DNA of 64,000 nucleotides, from IMG/VR virus record IMGVR_UViG_3300032323_002909, positions 1 through 64,000 of that record; one strand, given 5' to 3'. Position numbers and translations under genes: made by a program. The notes beneath the pieces were generated by a model. The model was not told where the DNA came from. It did no database searches and saw nothing but the letters and a program-made list of their open reading frames with translations. Source of the DNA: a virus. This document shows positions 54,569 to 64,000 of the stretch, piece after piece. Each line of letters opens with the position of its first letter. The stretch's first letter is position 1.

Positions 54569-55711
54569 TCAACTTACTAACATAAGCGGTGGATCATAGT
54601 CACCGAAGCCACCATCCATCAACAATTCTTCCAAAGTCTTTTTCTCCTCGATACCCTCAGACAATATCGTTTCACCATTTAAAGTGCCTCCACCTGGTAA
54701 AGATACCCCTGTAATTTTAGTGAGAATACGACCCCACATTACCTTTGACAGTGCGGTGGCGTATTCCAAAACCCATTTTTCTTTGATCAAATCTCTCAAT
54801 GGTTTTTCAACATAACATGTCAAGAGACCATAGAATTGCGTATTTCTTGGTTGAGGAATCAAGCGTAAATATTGCGTTCTCGAATCAAAATAAATATCCC
54901 TACGAGTAGCAAACATTTTTTCTCTCGTATCGATCCAATCTTTTACTGTGTGCCAAGACAGAATATCAAAACCATAATTACCCAGAGAATAAGCATGGAA
55001 AGATTGTTGTGCCATTGTTTGTTCTACGGAGAATAGAGTGTTGACACCAGTTGTTGAACCTTCTTCAAACGCGATAACATCGATTACTTTACGATAATCC
55101 ATAACATCATAATCAAACATATTATTGAATGCTGTGACATCTTCTTGCGGCTCACACTGCACTGTAAAAGGTTTTTGATAAGATTCTTTGAAATAAACAC
55201 TCAAAGATGGGTTGAAATCAATTAATAAATCATAGGTTGTTTTGTCTATGATTTCCATTGTTGTTATACCTTCTGATGGCACAACCGAACTCAACGAAGA
55301 CGAAGCACTAAAATAAGAATTGGGTATCGTGGACAGAGAAATATACAACGATTCAGGTCTTTTGATTTCAAAATCTGGTTGTGGTCCTTGTCTTTTATTT
55401 TGTAATTTTTCAGATGGAGTGTAACCAGAATTTGCTACCGTGAATAATGTGTCTAATCTGATGCCTCCGTTTTTATCATAAATTCTACTATCAAAAATCA
55501 AATATTCTTTTGAATAACCAGCATATTTGGTATACATATCTAGAGCCATCGATATAGCTTCGTGCAATTGGTCGTAGTGCAACTCAACATTAATCATTGG
55601 ATGTCCCAACATTCTAAGGATTCTTTCACCCAATCTCTGATAACATTCTATTTTAGAATTCAGATTGGTTGACATGAAAGCTGAAATTGGCTCTATTTGG
55701 CATAAACTCAT
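54569..55711 (-). CDS. gp13: neck protein (gp13-like)
   Basis: LG.P.INVEL..DQ...W...YATAL.K..WG..L.K.....LPGG..LNG. Confidence 0.88.
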   Translation of the reverse strand: MSLCQIEPISAFMSTNLNSKIECYQRLGERILRMLGHPMINVELHYDQLHEAISMALDMYTKYAGYSKEYLIFDSRIYDKNGGIRLDTLFTVANSGYTPSEKLQNKRQGPQPDFEIKRPESLYISLSTIPNSYFSASSSLSSVVPSEGITTMEIIDKTTYDLLIDFNPSLSVYFKESYQKPFTVQCEPQEDVTAFNNMFDYDVMDYRKVIDVIAFEEGSTTGVNTLFSVEQTMAQQSFHAYSLGNYGFDILSWHTVKDWIDTREKMFATRRDIYFDSRTQYLRLIPQPRNTQFYGLLTCYVEKPLRDLIKEKWVLEYATALSKVMWGRILTKITGVSLPGGGTLNGETILSEGIEEKKTLEELLMDGGFGDYDPPLMLVS

Positions 55712-55752
55712 ACCATTATTTAGTGAAAATATCAAAATGGATAAATAATAGT

Positions 55753-56049
55753 ATGTCTTTTGAATCTAATAACGGCACAACTTATTTGAAATTATCTTGT
55801 GGTATTCCCTCTGAGGTAGGTTGGAGTTTGTCCGCGAATAACGGAACAAAATATTTATATCTTTCGGCGAATGATTTTATTCTTTGGGGTCAAAGCACTG
55901 TGTTTATTCATCCATCATCAAATAATACCAATAATTATTATTTTTTAGTTTGTCAAAGACCCACTGATACTACTTGGTCGCCGTTATCCAATAACAGTAC
56001 AAAATTTTATTACAATTCTGCTTATAATTGTATTACTTTCTGTGCTTAA
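55753..56049 (+). CDS. hypothetical protein with NNGT.YL repeats
   Basis: TAAATA 5 nt before ATG. Confidence 0.6.
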   Translation: MSFESNNGTTYLKLSCGIPSEVGWSLSANNGTKYLYLSANDFILWGQSTVFIHPSSNNTNNYYFLVCQRPTDTTWSPLSNNSTKFYYNSAYNCITFCA

Positions 56050-56066
56050 ATTTTATAAATAATAAC

Positions 56067-56741
56067 ATGAGTTTTTGGAAATTAATAACAGAAAATATTG
56101 AAGCAGTTGCAGGTATTTTCGGGGTCATAACCAGCATTATGGTATTTTTGATTAAAGGTAAAAAATATATTATCGAAAAATATAAAAAACATAAAGAATA
56201 TTCCAAATCCAAATATTTGATTCCTGAAACTCTACAAGAAATAAAACAGTGTGTCATCAGTCTAGATGATCGTGTTAAGAGAGTAGAATACGAAATTTCT
56301 CCGAATAGTGGTGGTTCCATGAAGGATTCCATGAATATTGTAAAGGCTGAAATTGAAGCTATGTTCTGGTTGAATCCAAAACCGTCATTTCGTACAACAT
56401 CTAAAGGAATGAATATTCAAGTAAATGAATCATATTGTCATTTATGCTCAACGTCTTCCGAAGAACTGTTGAAGCAAAATTGGAAAAATTTTATAGAAGA
56501 TGAAGAACAATTGGATGACTTCATGAGACGGTGGGAATATTCTTCAAACAGCATGTCTCAATATTCTGGTAAATTAAAATTTAAAAATTTTAGAAATGAA
56601 AGCTTGGGCGAATGGATTATAAAAATTAGACCATTGGGACCAATAGAAGGCGGTAAAGATTATCTATGGCATGGTTCAATATTACCATCCGACGATACCG
56701 CTAAAGAGTATGCTAAAAGCTACAATATACCGTATCATTAA
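56067..56741 (+). CDS. membrane-anchored PAS-like domain protein
   Basis: N-terminal TM, PNSGGSMKD, G.NI.VN..YC.L......L...W..FI..D pattern. Confidence 0.65.
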   Translation: MSFWKLITENIEAVAGIFGVITSIMVFLIKGKKYIIEKYKKHKEYSKSKYLIPETLQEIKQCVISLDDRVKRVEYEISPNSGGSMKDSMNIVKAEIEAMFWLNPKPSFRTTSKGMNIQVNESYCHLCSTSSEELLKQNWKNFIEDEEQLDDFMRRWEYSSNSMSQYSGKLKFKNFRNESLGEWIIKIRPLGPIEGGKDYLWHGSILPSDDTAKEYAKSYNIPYH

Positions 56742-58562
56742 TTATCCAGGAGCGGTTTCACCAGCAGGTGCTTCGGGCGTTTCAGCGGGTTCTGTTTCAG
56801 CACCAACATCAGTACCTTCTTCACCACCAAGTGTAGCACCAGAGCCACTAAAATCAGGAGGCATTCCACCGCCACCCATGCTGCCACCCATTTCGCCTCC
56901 ACCCATTTCACCGCCACTTTCAGCGGATTGAGCAAGCATTTCTTTCCAATTCGGACCGCTAGATTTAATCTGTTCGATTTCGAACATGAATTCGGCTTCG
57001 TTTCGTAAAAAGTGACGATTTGCCAAGATATCAGAATCTTTCCAATCTAGATATTTTTTCATGGCAAATGTGGTCGATACTAATTCGTTGTTTGATATAT
57101 TATTAAATGTGTCTATTTTGAGATTAAGCTTTTGACTTTCTCTCATATCATAGAAATTAGTAGGAACATTGAATTCTATTCTAAGATTATCATCGAATAG
57201 ATCATTTTCATCAAACATTTCTTTGAATTTTAAATGAGTAATAAATGCTCGTTTAATACCTTGAGCAAATCTTTGTTGTTGACGAATAATCATTTTCGCA
57301 AATTTTAATTCTTCACGAAGCATTTCTGTGCCGTCACTATAACCTGTCTCATTGTTCAAACGAGAAGTTGGAGTTTTCAAAGAACGATAAAGCTTTTTAA
57401 TAAACCAATCTAAAACATCAAGATTTCCATCTGATGGTTGACCACCAAATGTTTCGACTGATGTTCCTTCCTGTCCTTGCCTTTTAGCAAACCAAAAGGA
57501 ATCCAAGGTGGATTGTGGTGCATATTTCTTAACAATGTCTCCTTGGTCGATATCAAAAGTCTTAGTTGACCAATATTGGGATTGTAGCTTGCGTAGGTAT
57601 GCTTCTGCCTGTGGGACTGGCAACTTACCCACATCCACGTTAAATAAGAAACGCAACGGCGCATGTACCATTCTATGGATAACCACAGAATCTTCGATCA
57701 TCGATAATTGCCTGTATGCTCGTCGGCAATTCTCGACAAATGGAATTATAAAATCTTTGGTCTCATTATATTGACCACTGTTGATATAGAGAATCTGATT
57801 CTTTTCGAAAGGAATATATTCATATTTTTCAACTTTTCTATTATCAACAGCTGAAAATATTGGCTTTTTATAAATAAAAGCTTTGACCAACATAGTTTGA
57901 ATGTTGTCATATACTGGGTCGAATTGATCAGCGGGTAGATTTTTGACAGCAACTACGCCTTGTTTGATATAATCATCTTTCAGAATCAACTCGAAAAATA
58001 ATTCACCTTCAATTAAAAATTGTCGAAAATAATGCCACCCATTATCTTCCAGTTCCAACATCGCCACAAATTTGGAAAATTCTTTTTGTAGCTCTTCTTT
58101 TTTCTCCGAATCTAATTCAGCGTTTTTAAACTTAAGTGTTACAATTTCACCATTTTCATCGACATTAATAGTTTCGTCACAGATTTCATCTAATGCATCA
58201 GAAACTTCCGAGAACGCTGCGATCATTCTATAATCTCTCAAGCGACCAGGTTTTTCCTCTGATGCTTGGGAATACATCAAGTCAGTAAAAGTTTTATCCT
58301 GATAAATCGCAGAAAACGCAGTGTTGTTCCAATCATTATTAAGCGCTACAGAGTTTCTTGCTATAGCTTCGGGTTTACGCATCCCGATTTTTTGGAAATG
58401 CTTATATTTAGCATTTTTAGTTTCGTCTATATTTTGTTCAGCATAACCATTACGATTTTTCAAATAAGACTGAACATTTCTGTCGAATGTAGATCCCCGT
58501 CCATCACTTCCGACGAATGATCTATTTTGAGATTGTGTAGATGAACTATCTGCTCCAGCCAT
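56742..58562 (-). CDS. gp20: portal protein (gp20-like)
   Basis: YR.IA...EV..A.DEI, QL..IEDS.VI.R...AP.R..F.VDVG, FW..KR, LY.SL..P.SR, REELKF.K. Confidence 0.95.
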   Translation of the reverse strand: MAGADSSSTQSQNRSFVGSDGRGSTFDRNVQSYLKNRNGYAEQNIDETKNAKYKHFQKIGMRKPEAIARNSVALNNDWNNTAFSAIYQDKTFTDLMYSQASEEKPGRLRDYRMIAAFSEVSDALDEICDETINVDENGEIVTLKFKNAELDSEKKEELQKEFSKFVAMLELEDNGWHYFRQFLIEGELFFELILKDDYIKQGVVAVKNLPADQFDPVYDNIQTMLVKAFIYKKPIFSAVDNRKVEKYEYIPFEKNQILYINSGQYNETKDFIIPFVENCRRAYRQLSMIEDSVVIHRMVHAPLRFLFNVDVGKLPVPQAEAYLRKLQSQYWSTKTFDIDQGDIVKKYAPQSTLDSFWFAKRQGQEGTSVETFGGQPSDGNLDVLDWFIKKLYRSLKTPTSRLNNETGYSDGTEMLREELKFAKMIIRQQQRFAQGIKRAFITHLKFKEMFDENDLFDDNLRIEFNVPTNFYDMRESQKLNLKIDTFNNISNNELVSTTFAMKKYLDWKDSDILANRHFLRNEAEFMFEIEQIKSSGPNWKEMLAQSAESGGEMGGGEMGGSMGGGGMPPDFSGSGATLGGEEGTDVGAETEPAETPEAPAGETAPG

Positions 58563-58592
58563 ATTTATTATTTAAGGACAATTACTAATATT

Positions 58593-59675
58593 TCAATAAG
58601 AACTTACCCATGCAACTTCATTCGCAGTGATAAATACAGCATTTCCATTAAAATTGTTAAAATAGTCAGCACTGAGTGATATGGATGCCACATTATTATC
58701 TATTGTAGTGATCACATTATCAGGTAATTTGTAAGCAGATATGGTAGGGGACTTCACAGTATCGATTTCAACATAATTTAATTCAGGTATTGACGTGTTA
58801 GCACTCAGATACCATGTATTATTATAATTTAGATTTTTACCATAAAATGTAAAAAATTTATCATTCAAATCTGAAACCACTAATGGACTTTCCCGAGGAT
58901 TACCATTTATAAAATAATTAGTTAAATCTGGATAAGCACCCACTGAAAGTGATTCAGTCTGAACACCGATTGCGCTGATAGAATCAAATAGATTATAATC
59001 ACAAAATCTGTCACTGACTGGAAGTGCATGAAAGTCTGCATTTATTTTATAAATCGGAGATTGTTTAGGATTATCATAGTTTTTGAATAACCAACCCTTG
59101 ATAGTAAAGTTTGTTTCGGCAGAAATTCTCCATTTTACATCTGGTGATAGATCTTTTGGATTATTGTAACTTATATTACCAGACCATTGAATTTCAGAAC
59201 GGATTTCGTCTAAAAATGGTAAATTAAATTTTTCGGGGAATTTCCAAGATACTATAATATACGGATTACAATTTACCACGAAATTTTGAATAATTTGATC
59301 TAGATCTTCTTTGAAATAACAAATTATATTAACGTTCAATTCTAAATTAACTGGTATGGGAGTCGGTATTTTCACTAACCCATTATTAACATCTAGTTGT
59401 TTTCGATATAAAAATTGATCTTTGTTTTGTATACGATTTGCGTCTCTACTGAGACTTGTTTGTTCTATAGTAACAACAGGAAGTGATAGAGTTTTGGCTC
59501 TATCACTCAAGTCTTGAAGCACTCTATGCTTCGGTCCGTGGACGTATCTTACCTCTATTTTTTCTTTTTCAACTCTAGTTCTCGCATCATATCGATACAG
59601 AAAAGCATCATCAAAAGCAGATACGAAGAGATTAAGGAGTTGAGAGTTTTCAAAAAAGTATGAGTAATCGTTCAC
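58593..59675 (-). CDS. gp15: tail terminator/sheath stabiliser (gp15-like)
   Basis: F...FD, V.Y..GPK, LP......S..D..R, P.P.NL, DQI...F, F..KGWL. Confidence 0.8.
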   Translation of the reverse strand: MNDYSYFFENSQLLNLFVSAFDDAFLYRYDARTRVEKEKIEVRYVHGPKHRVLQDLSDRAKTLSLPVVTIEQTSLSRDANRIQNKDQFLYRKQLDVNNGLVKIPTPIPVNLELNVNIICYFKEDLDQIIQNFVVNCNPYIIVSWKFPEKFNLPFLDEIRSEIQWSGNISYNNPKDLSPDVKWRISAETNFTIKGWLFKNYDNPKQSPIYKINADFHALPVSDRFCDYNLFDSISAIGVQTESLSVGAYPDLTNYFINGNPRESPLVVSDLNDKFFTFYGKNLNYNNTWYLSANTSIPELNYVEIDTVKSPTISAYKLPDNVITTIDNNVASISLSADYFNNFNGNAVFITANEVAWVSSY

Positions 59676-59698
59676 ATAACTATTTAGTCGTATGTTGA

Positions 59699-60847
59699 TT
59701 AGAAGAATCCAATTTTACGCTCTTCAAATGAGTTAGCAACGCTGGTCACTTTTTGGTGATTGAATAATTCAGCCAATGTCATTTCATTATCAACTTCGAT
59801 GTCTAGATTACAGTGGTCTGCCAATCGTTGACACTCTGATATACTAAGTTTATCAAATTTGTATTCCATGAATAATCTTCCTTTGCGAAGGAGTGCTGGA
59901 TCAATTTTTGTCAATTCACAATTAAACGTGCAGATGACTTTCATTTTCATCGAATCTTTCAAAAATCCATCGGTAATACCGAGTATATTCTGAGTACCAG
60001 AATTTCTATCAACTGATAAAATTTCTTCAGCATCTTCAATCAATAATACACTACCTTGATTGTCTAGCATAAATGAGATGAACGATGGTTGTGAAATCAC
60101 AGAAACCATAGAAGGTGGAATATAAATAACATCATACTTGCATTTGGTAATCAAATTTTTAATAAAATTAGATTTTCCAGTGCCTGGTAAACCGTGTAAT
60201 AACAGCAGATTTTCAGTATCATCTAATGTGACAAAGTTCAACATTTTATCATATGGAAACTTATCACCATAATACAAATCATATCTATCATCTAGAATTG
60301 GAATATCGTTGAATGATGTTTTTAATTTAGTCAACCCTTGGCTATTTTGCGAGATCATATAAAACTCTTTTTGAGTAGAATATTCAAATATAATATCCAA
60401 ATTCAAAAATTCATTCAAGAAATTTAAAATTTTCTCTTTATTTTCCAATAGTGGAGTAAAGACAATAAGTATACCTTCCGAGTCACGAGGAGTCTCAAAT
60501 TCAAAAGGTATAATGAGATTATCAGGAACAGGAGAAGGATTGATAGATATTGATATCAACATCGAAAAATCATCATTGAAATAATGTCCAAGTTCATATT
60601 CATGAATGTTATATTGTCTAACAGTATTGAACGCATGCTTTTTAAGAAACTCATGCAATTTATGAATATATTTTTCAGATATCGAATAATTTTTTATGTG
60701 TATCGATGTCGATGATAAATTACCATATTTTTGCTCAAACAATGATGGATATTCCGATTGAAGAGTAAATGGTTTCACAACATCGACCCAATAAATGTTA
60801 TCGAGACATTTTAGTATTTCTTGTATATTATTAATCATATTTTTCAA
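59699..60847 (-). CDS. AAA+ ATPase
   Basis: GLPGTGKS, LLIEDAE, ID.ALLRKGRL. Confidence 0.9.
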   Translation of the reverse strand: MKNMINNIQEILKCLDNIYWVDVVKPFTLQSEYPSLFEQKYGNLSSTSIHIKNYSISEKYIHKLHEFLKKHAFNTVRQYNIHEYELGHYFNDDFSMLISISINPSPVPDNLIIPFEFETPRDSEGILIVFTPLLENKEKILNFLNEFLNLDIIFEYSTQKEFYMISQNSQGLTKLKTSFNDIPILDDRYDLYYGDKFPYDKMLNFVTLDDTENLLLLHGLPGTGKSNFIKNLITKCKYDVIYIPPSMVSVISQPSFISFMLDNQGSVLLIEDAEEILSVDRNSGTQNILGITDGFLKDSMKMKVICTFNCELTKIDPALLRKGRLFMEYKFDKLSISECQRLADHCNLDIEVDNEMTLAELFNHQKVTSVANSFEERKIGFF

Positions 60848-62469
60848 TTAAATCTTTCAGTAAAGAATTTAGGAAGTTTATTACTGTTTCTAACCATAGC
60901 ATCATAAATGCTACCGTCAAGTATATATGTATCACAATAATCATTTTCATTTCTCACGCTTCGTCCACACGCTTGAACGAGTGTCTTGAACATCGCATTA
61001 GAATACCAATCCTTATCAAGTTTCATCAGTTTTTCAACACGAACATCCTTAACAGGGGGCCACGGAGCTTTCAGTATAATTTGGAATCTAGATAGATCAT
61101 CTTTCAAATCTACCCCATATGTCATTGATGGTGATACTAAAACAGTTGGGTGATCACTATCTTCATGCATTTCCAATAGTTGTTCATTGTTAACACCTGT
61201 TTCCCTAACAAGCAATCTATCAGATTTTATATTTTCTCTGATATAATCAGTCAAATATTGGGTGTGGGTATGTATAATACCCTTTTCATTTGGGTGATTG
61301 TCTAGAATGCCACGAATTTGTTTCATCAATTTGGGCAACATATCCTTGAGATTTTTATTATTCAATTTTTGAGCCGCCATAATATAAATTGGCGATTTCT
61401 CAGGATTAAAATCAGATGGTATATGGATGTATTCGTAATCGGTAATACCTAAAGATTTGCAGTAAGCAACAACATCAATGATGGTCGCAGAAAGTATTAC
61501 AACTTTCTCAGCGTGTCTAAACAAATGTTTAGATAAAACATCGACTTTGAGTGGAATAAATCGAATTTTAGAATCTAATCTTTCTATAATATATTCACTA
61601 TCATAAAATGTTTCATGTAAAAGACCTAGAGAATTTTGAAGATTTGTCAATTTAGTATATTCACTCTTTTTCTTATTAAAGGTAATTATATCTTTTTTGA
61701 AATCATTTTCAGAAAACCATGATTTATAATTCTCGACAGATTTGGTAACATTCACCAACAAATTCTCGATCCACGAAAGGATTTTAATTTTATTACCAGT
61801 ATCATTTGGCAATGATGACACCAAAGTCTGTGTTTTCATCAAAAATGTGATGTCAATTTCGGCAGTAAATTGAGATACCAATTGCTCTTCTAATTCAGAT
61901 CCTTCATCACAAACCATAATTTCTCGTCTTTTCAAATGATTTGGTAAAGAAAAGAACATACTGTAATTCAGTGTTGAAAATTTTGAAGTCAACATTTTAT
62001 TACGTTCGTTATAATATGGGCAACGATTAACCGCCCAACATTCATCACGCTGTCTTGGACTATGTATACAAGGCGCGACATCAACAGATAATGTATCGTC
62101 GATACCACATTGATAATTACTTTTACCTTTCAACAAACCACTATCATCGAATGTGTTGTGATATTGGTCTTGAAGTGATTTCGTAATCGTAAGTGCGTAG
62201 CATCCAAACGATTTAAAATTTGACATCAATTGCTCGCCATTTTCTCCAAATATTGTGTATCTGTTCACATAAGATGCAAAATCTTCAGGAATTTCTCTAG
62301 ATGCATTGCCTAGAGTTTTGGCGATATGTGTTTTCCCTGCGCCTGTGTCCGCATGGACAATTACAAATTTTTTACCATTATTGAATGCCTTTTCAATTTC
62401 ATTCAATGCATGTGATTGTTTATCTCTTGGTTGGTATCCCTCTGGAAATTTAAATATTAAATTGTTCAT
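60844..62469 (-). CDS. DinG/Rad3-like helicase
   Basis: PR..Q, TGAGKT, KGK.NY.C with Fe-S-type Cys, DEG, SAT, G.DL, Q..GR..R...D. Confidence 0.88.
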   Translation of the reverse strand: MNNLIFKFPEGYQPRDKQSHALNEIEKAFNNGKKFVIVHADTGAGKTHIAKTLGNASREIPEDFASYVNRYTIFGENGEQLMSNFKSFGCYALTITKSLQDQYHNTFDDSGLLKGKSNYQCGIDDTLSVDVAPCIHSPRQRDECWAVNRCPYYNERNKMLTSKFSTLNYSMFFSLPNHLKRREIMVCDEGSELEEQLVSQFTAEIDITFLMKTQTLVSSLPNDTGNKIKILSWIENLLVNVTKSVENYKSWFSENDFKKDIITFNKKKSEYTKLTNLQNSLGLLHETFYDSEYIIERLDSKIRFIPLKVDVLSKHLFRHAEKVVILSATIIDVVAYCKSLGITDYEYIHIPSDFNPEKSPIYIMAAQKLNNKNLKDMLPKLMKQIRGILDNHPNEKGIIHTHTQYLTDYIRENIKSDRLLVRETGVNNEQLLEMHEDSDHPTVLVSPSMTYGVDLKDDLSRFQIILKAPWPPVKDVRVEKLMKLDKDWYSNAMFKTLVQACGRSVRNENDYCDTYILDGSIYDAMVRNSNKLPKFFTERFN

Positions 62470-62523
62470 AGTTTCTGCATCGCGGCAATACTTTGCTGCT
62501 GAACAGAAGCATATAACAATATT

Positions 62524-62853
62524 TCAAGATGTCAACACAAATAAATAATTGTTGAAAAATTTTGAAGAGTCGTTTTTTTTCATAGTCATCATTTTCCAGT
62601 AAGATTCTTCAGTTCTAGGGCAAAACGCGCTCAATGAATAATCAAAAATATAACCATCATTTGTACTTTTCACATTGTATGGATAAGAAATTTCCCATTC
62701 TTTAACTTCATCATCCATTTCTATTTTAAATTTGATGAAATTTTGTTTTACGTTAAACATATGTATTTTACCATGTTTTATCGTTTTGTCGTTTAGAACA
62801 AAAGATATTTCACGGAAAATCATATTTTTTAAATATTTTTCTATCCTATCCAT
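62524..62853 (-). CDS. hypothetical protein
   Basis: 109-aa ORF. Confidence 0.6.
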   Translation of the reverse strand: MDRIEKYLKNMIFREISFVLNDKTIKHGKIHMFNVKQNFIKFKIEMDDEVKEWEISYPYNVKSTNDGYIFDYSLSAFCPRTEESYWKMMTMKKNDSSKFFNNYLFVLTS

Positions 62854-63257
62854 GTGTCAATTACGTTATCTAAATCCATATACCTCATTTTTTCTTGTGG
62901 GCTAAGCGTCATTATAGATTCGTTGAAATATTCCCAGAACCTATCATCAGCAGGTATTTTTTGCATCAAATAGCATTCATCCATATTCACGTTACGATAA
63001 TCTTGCATCATGATGTCCCAAGTAACTAATAAATTATGTTTTCGATCATCAATTTTCTTAGGTACAAAAGAACCACGGTAATTTAATACTCTCAAACCGT
63101 TTTCAGACCTGAGAATCTCCGTACTATTAGTACAGAGCATCTGCCGTAATAGTGGTCTATTAGGGGCTCGTTCTGGTCGTCTACGAACTATCAATATATC
63201 ACATACGTTTCTATTGAGCATCCGTAGGAGACCCAATCTAGTTATCTTTTGAAGCAT
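62841..63257 (-). CDS. conserved T4-like hypothetical protein
   Basis: R.MLCT...VWD....YR pattern. Confidence 0.6.
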   Translation of the reverse strand: MLQKITRLGLLRMLNRNVCDILIVRRRPERAPNRPLLRQMLCTNSTEILRSENGLRVLNYRGSFVPKKIDDRKHNLLVTWDIMMQDYRNVNMDECYLMQKIPADDRFWEYFNESIMTLSPQEKMRYMDLDNVIDTWIG

Positions 63258-63657
63258 TTACTTCACAAACGCCAAACATGCGCTGCTCGTTCAAGAACAA
63301 ACCGTTCTTAATTTTACCGTGTCCCTTTACATGTAAGTTAGTAATAGGGATACCCATGTTATTCGGAAATACTACGATGTCGCCGATTTCTGTATACCGA
63401 ACACTTGGTCCTTTTAGAATGACTTTACCCTTACGCCATGCATTATGAATTTGAGATACAGGCACTGCAATTCCACCTCTTAAAATATAATCACCGCCTT
63501 CGCCGCCAGTATGCAGGTCGCAATATTCGACCAATACTGCATCGTCATACAACTTGGACAATACATAATCATCTAAGCCGAAGTCACTTGGAAGTGAACT
63601 GTCGCTAAGATCAATATGCGATTTTTGAGGAGCTAATACATCAATAGATATAGACAT
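63238..63657 (-). CDS. GroES-like co-chaperonin (gp31-like)
   Basis: D.VLVE, GGI, G.V...GP......GD.V.F, L.E..FG. Confidence 0.7.
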   Translation of the reverse strand: MSISIDVLAPQKSHIDLSDSSLPSDFGLDDYVLSKLYDDAVLVEYCDLHTGGEGGDYILRGGIAVPVSQIHNAWRKGKVILKGPSVRYTEIGDIVVFPNNMGIPITNLHVKGHGKIKNGLFLNEQRMFGVCEVNASKDN

Positions 63658-63692
63658 GTTAATATTTATTGATATAATCTATATGTCAATAG

Positions 63693-63950
63693 TTATTTTT
63701 TCTTTTTAGAAATATATTTGATGTTTTTCTTTTTTAATTTGGGTATTATATTCCTATAAAATAAAAATTTATCATCATCATTATCAAATATTTGAGTATA
63801 CTTATTCAAAGTATTATTAGCATAATGCAATAGCTCGGGACTATAAAAACTCAAATAACGAGTTGTCATATAAGGTGAAAATTCATCCAATAATTCACTG
63901 GTGATTTCTTTTTTGTCTTCGTATAATAAATTGTTGATGGTATCAAACAT
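63693..63950 (-). CDS. clamp loader small subunit (gp62-like)
   Basis: F.PY...R.LS...L..AN...F....IPK.K...KY. Confidence 0.65.
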   Translation of the reverse strand: MFDTINNLLYEDKKEITSELLDEFSPYMTTRYLSFYSPELLHYANNTLNKYTQIFDNDDDKFLFYRNIIPKLKKKNIKYISKKKK

Positions 63951-64000
63951 AAAAAATATTCATGTCATTACGATATATATCTTGATAATACCGCAATGGT

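Overview
This 64-kb window comes from a large T4-like myovirus. It carries recognisable gp23, gp22, gp21, gp20, gp13, gp15, gp4 and gp5-like genes, plus nrdA/nrdB, thyX and MazG. A phage-encoded PEP-CTERM protein suggests an exosortase-bearing host such as Verrucomicrobiota (inference). Layout: (i) 0.1-8.5 kb, early/middle genes (Pth2, RNA ligase, five tandem tetrapeptide-repeat mini-genes, a DIP1984-like gene followed by a ~210-nt structured RNA with 7-nt periodic repeats) and a tRNA cluster. (ii) 8.6-20.7 kb, a GC-richer array of about 40 one-gene cassettes, each opened by TAAAAACCACAT-TAnnnT. The motif reuses the previous stop codon and places a -10 box 6, 9 or 13 nt before the ATG, or before a tRNA/ncRNA. 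(iii) ~20.8 kb, a terminator, G-tracts and direct repeats. (iv) 21-29.6 kb, late-promoter genes with capsid-targeting-like N-termini, including a CCA-adding enzyme. (v) Nucleotide metabolism, lysis and virion morphogenesis genes. The strongest candidates for new biology are the leaderless promoter-cassette array, the protein plus heptad-repeat ncRNA pair, a CCA-ended ncRNA, a D-armless tRNA, and an apparently virion-packaged translation-rescue kit (CCA enzyme, ArfA-like peptide fused to a prohead core protein). All family assignments come from motif recognition by eye; no searches were run.
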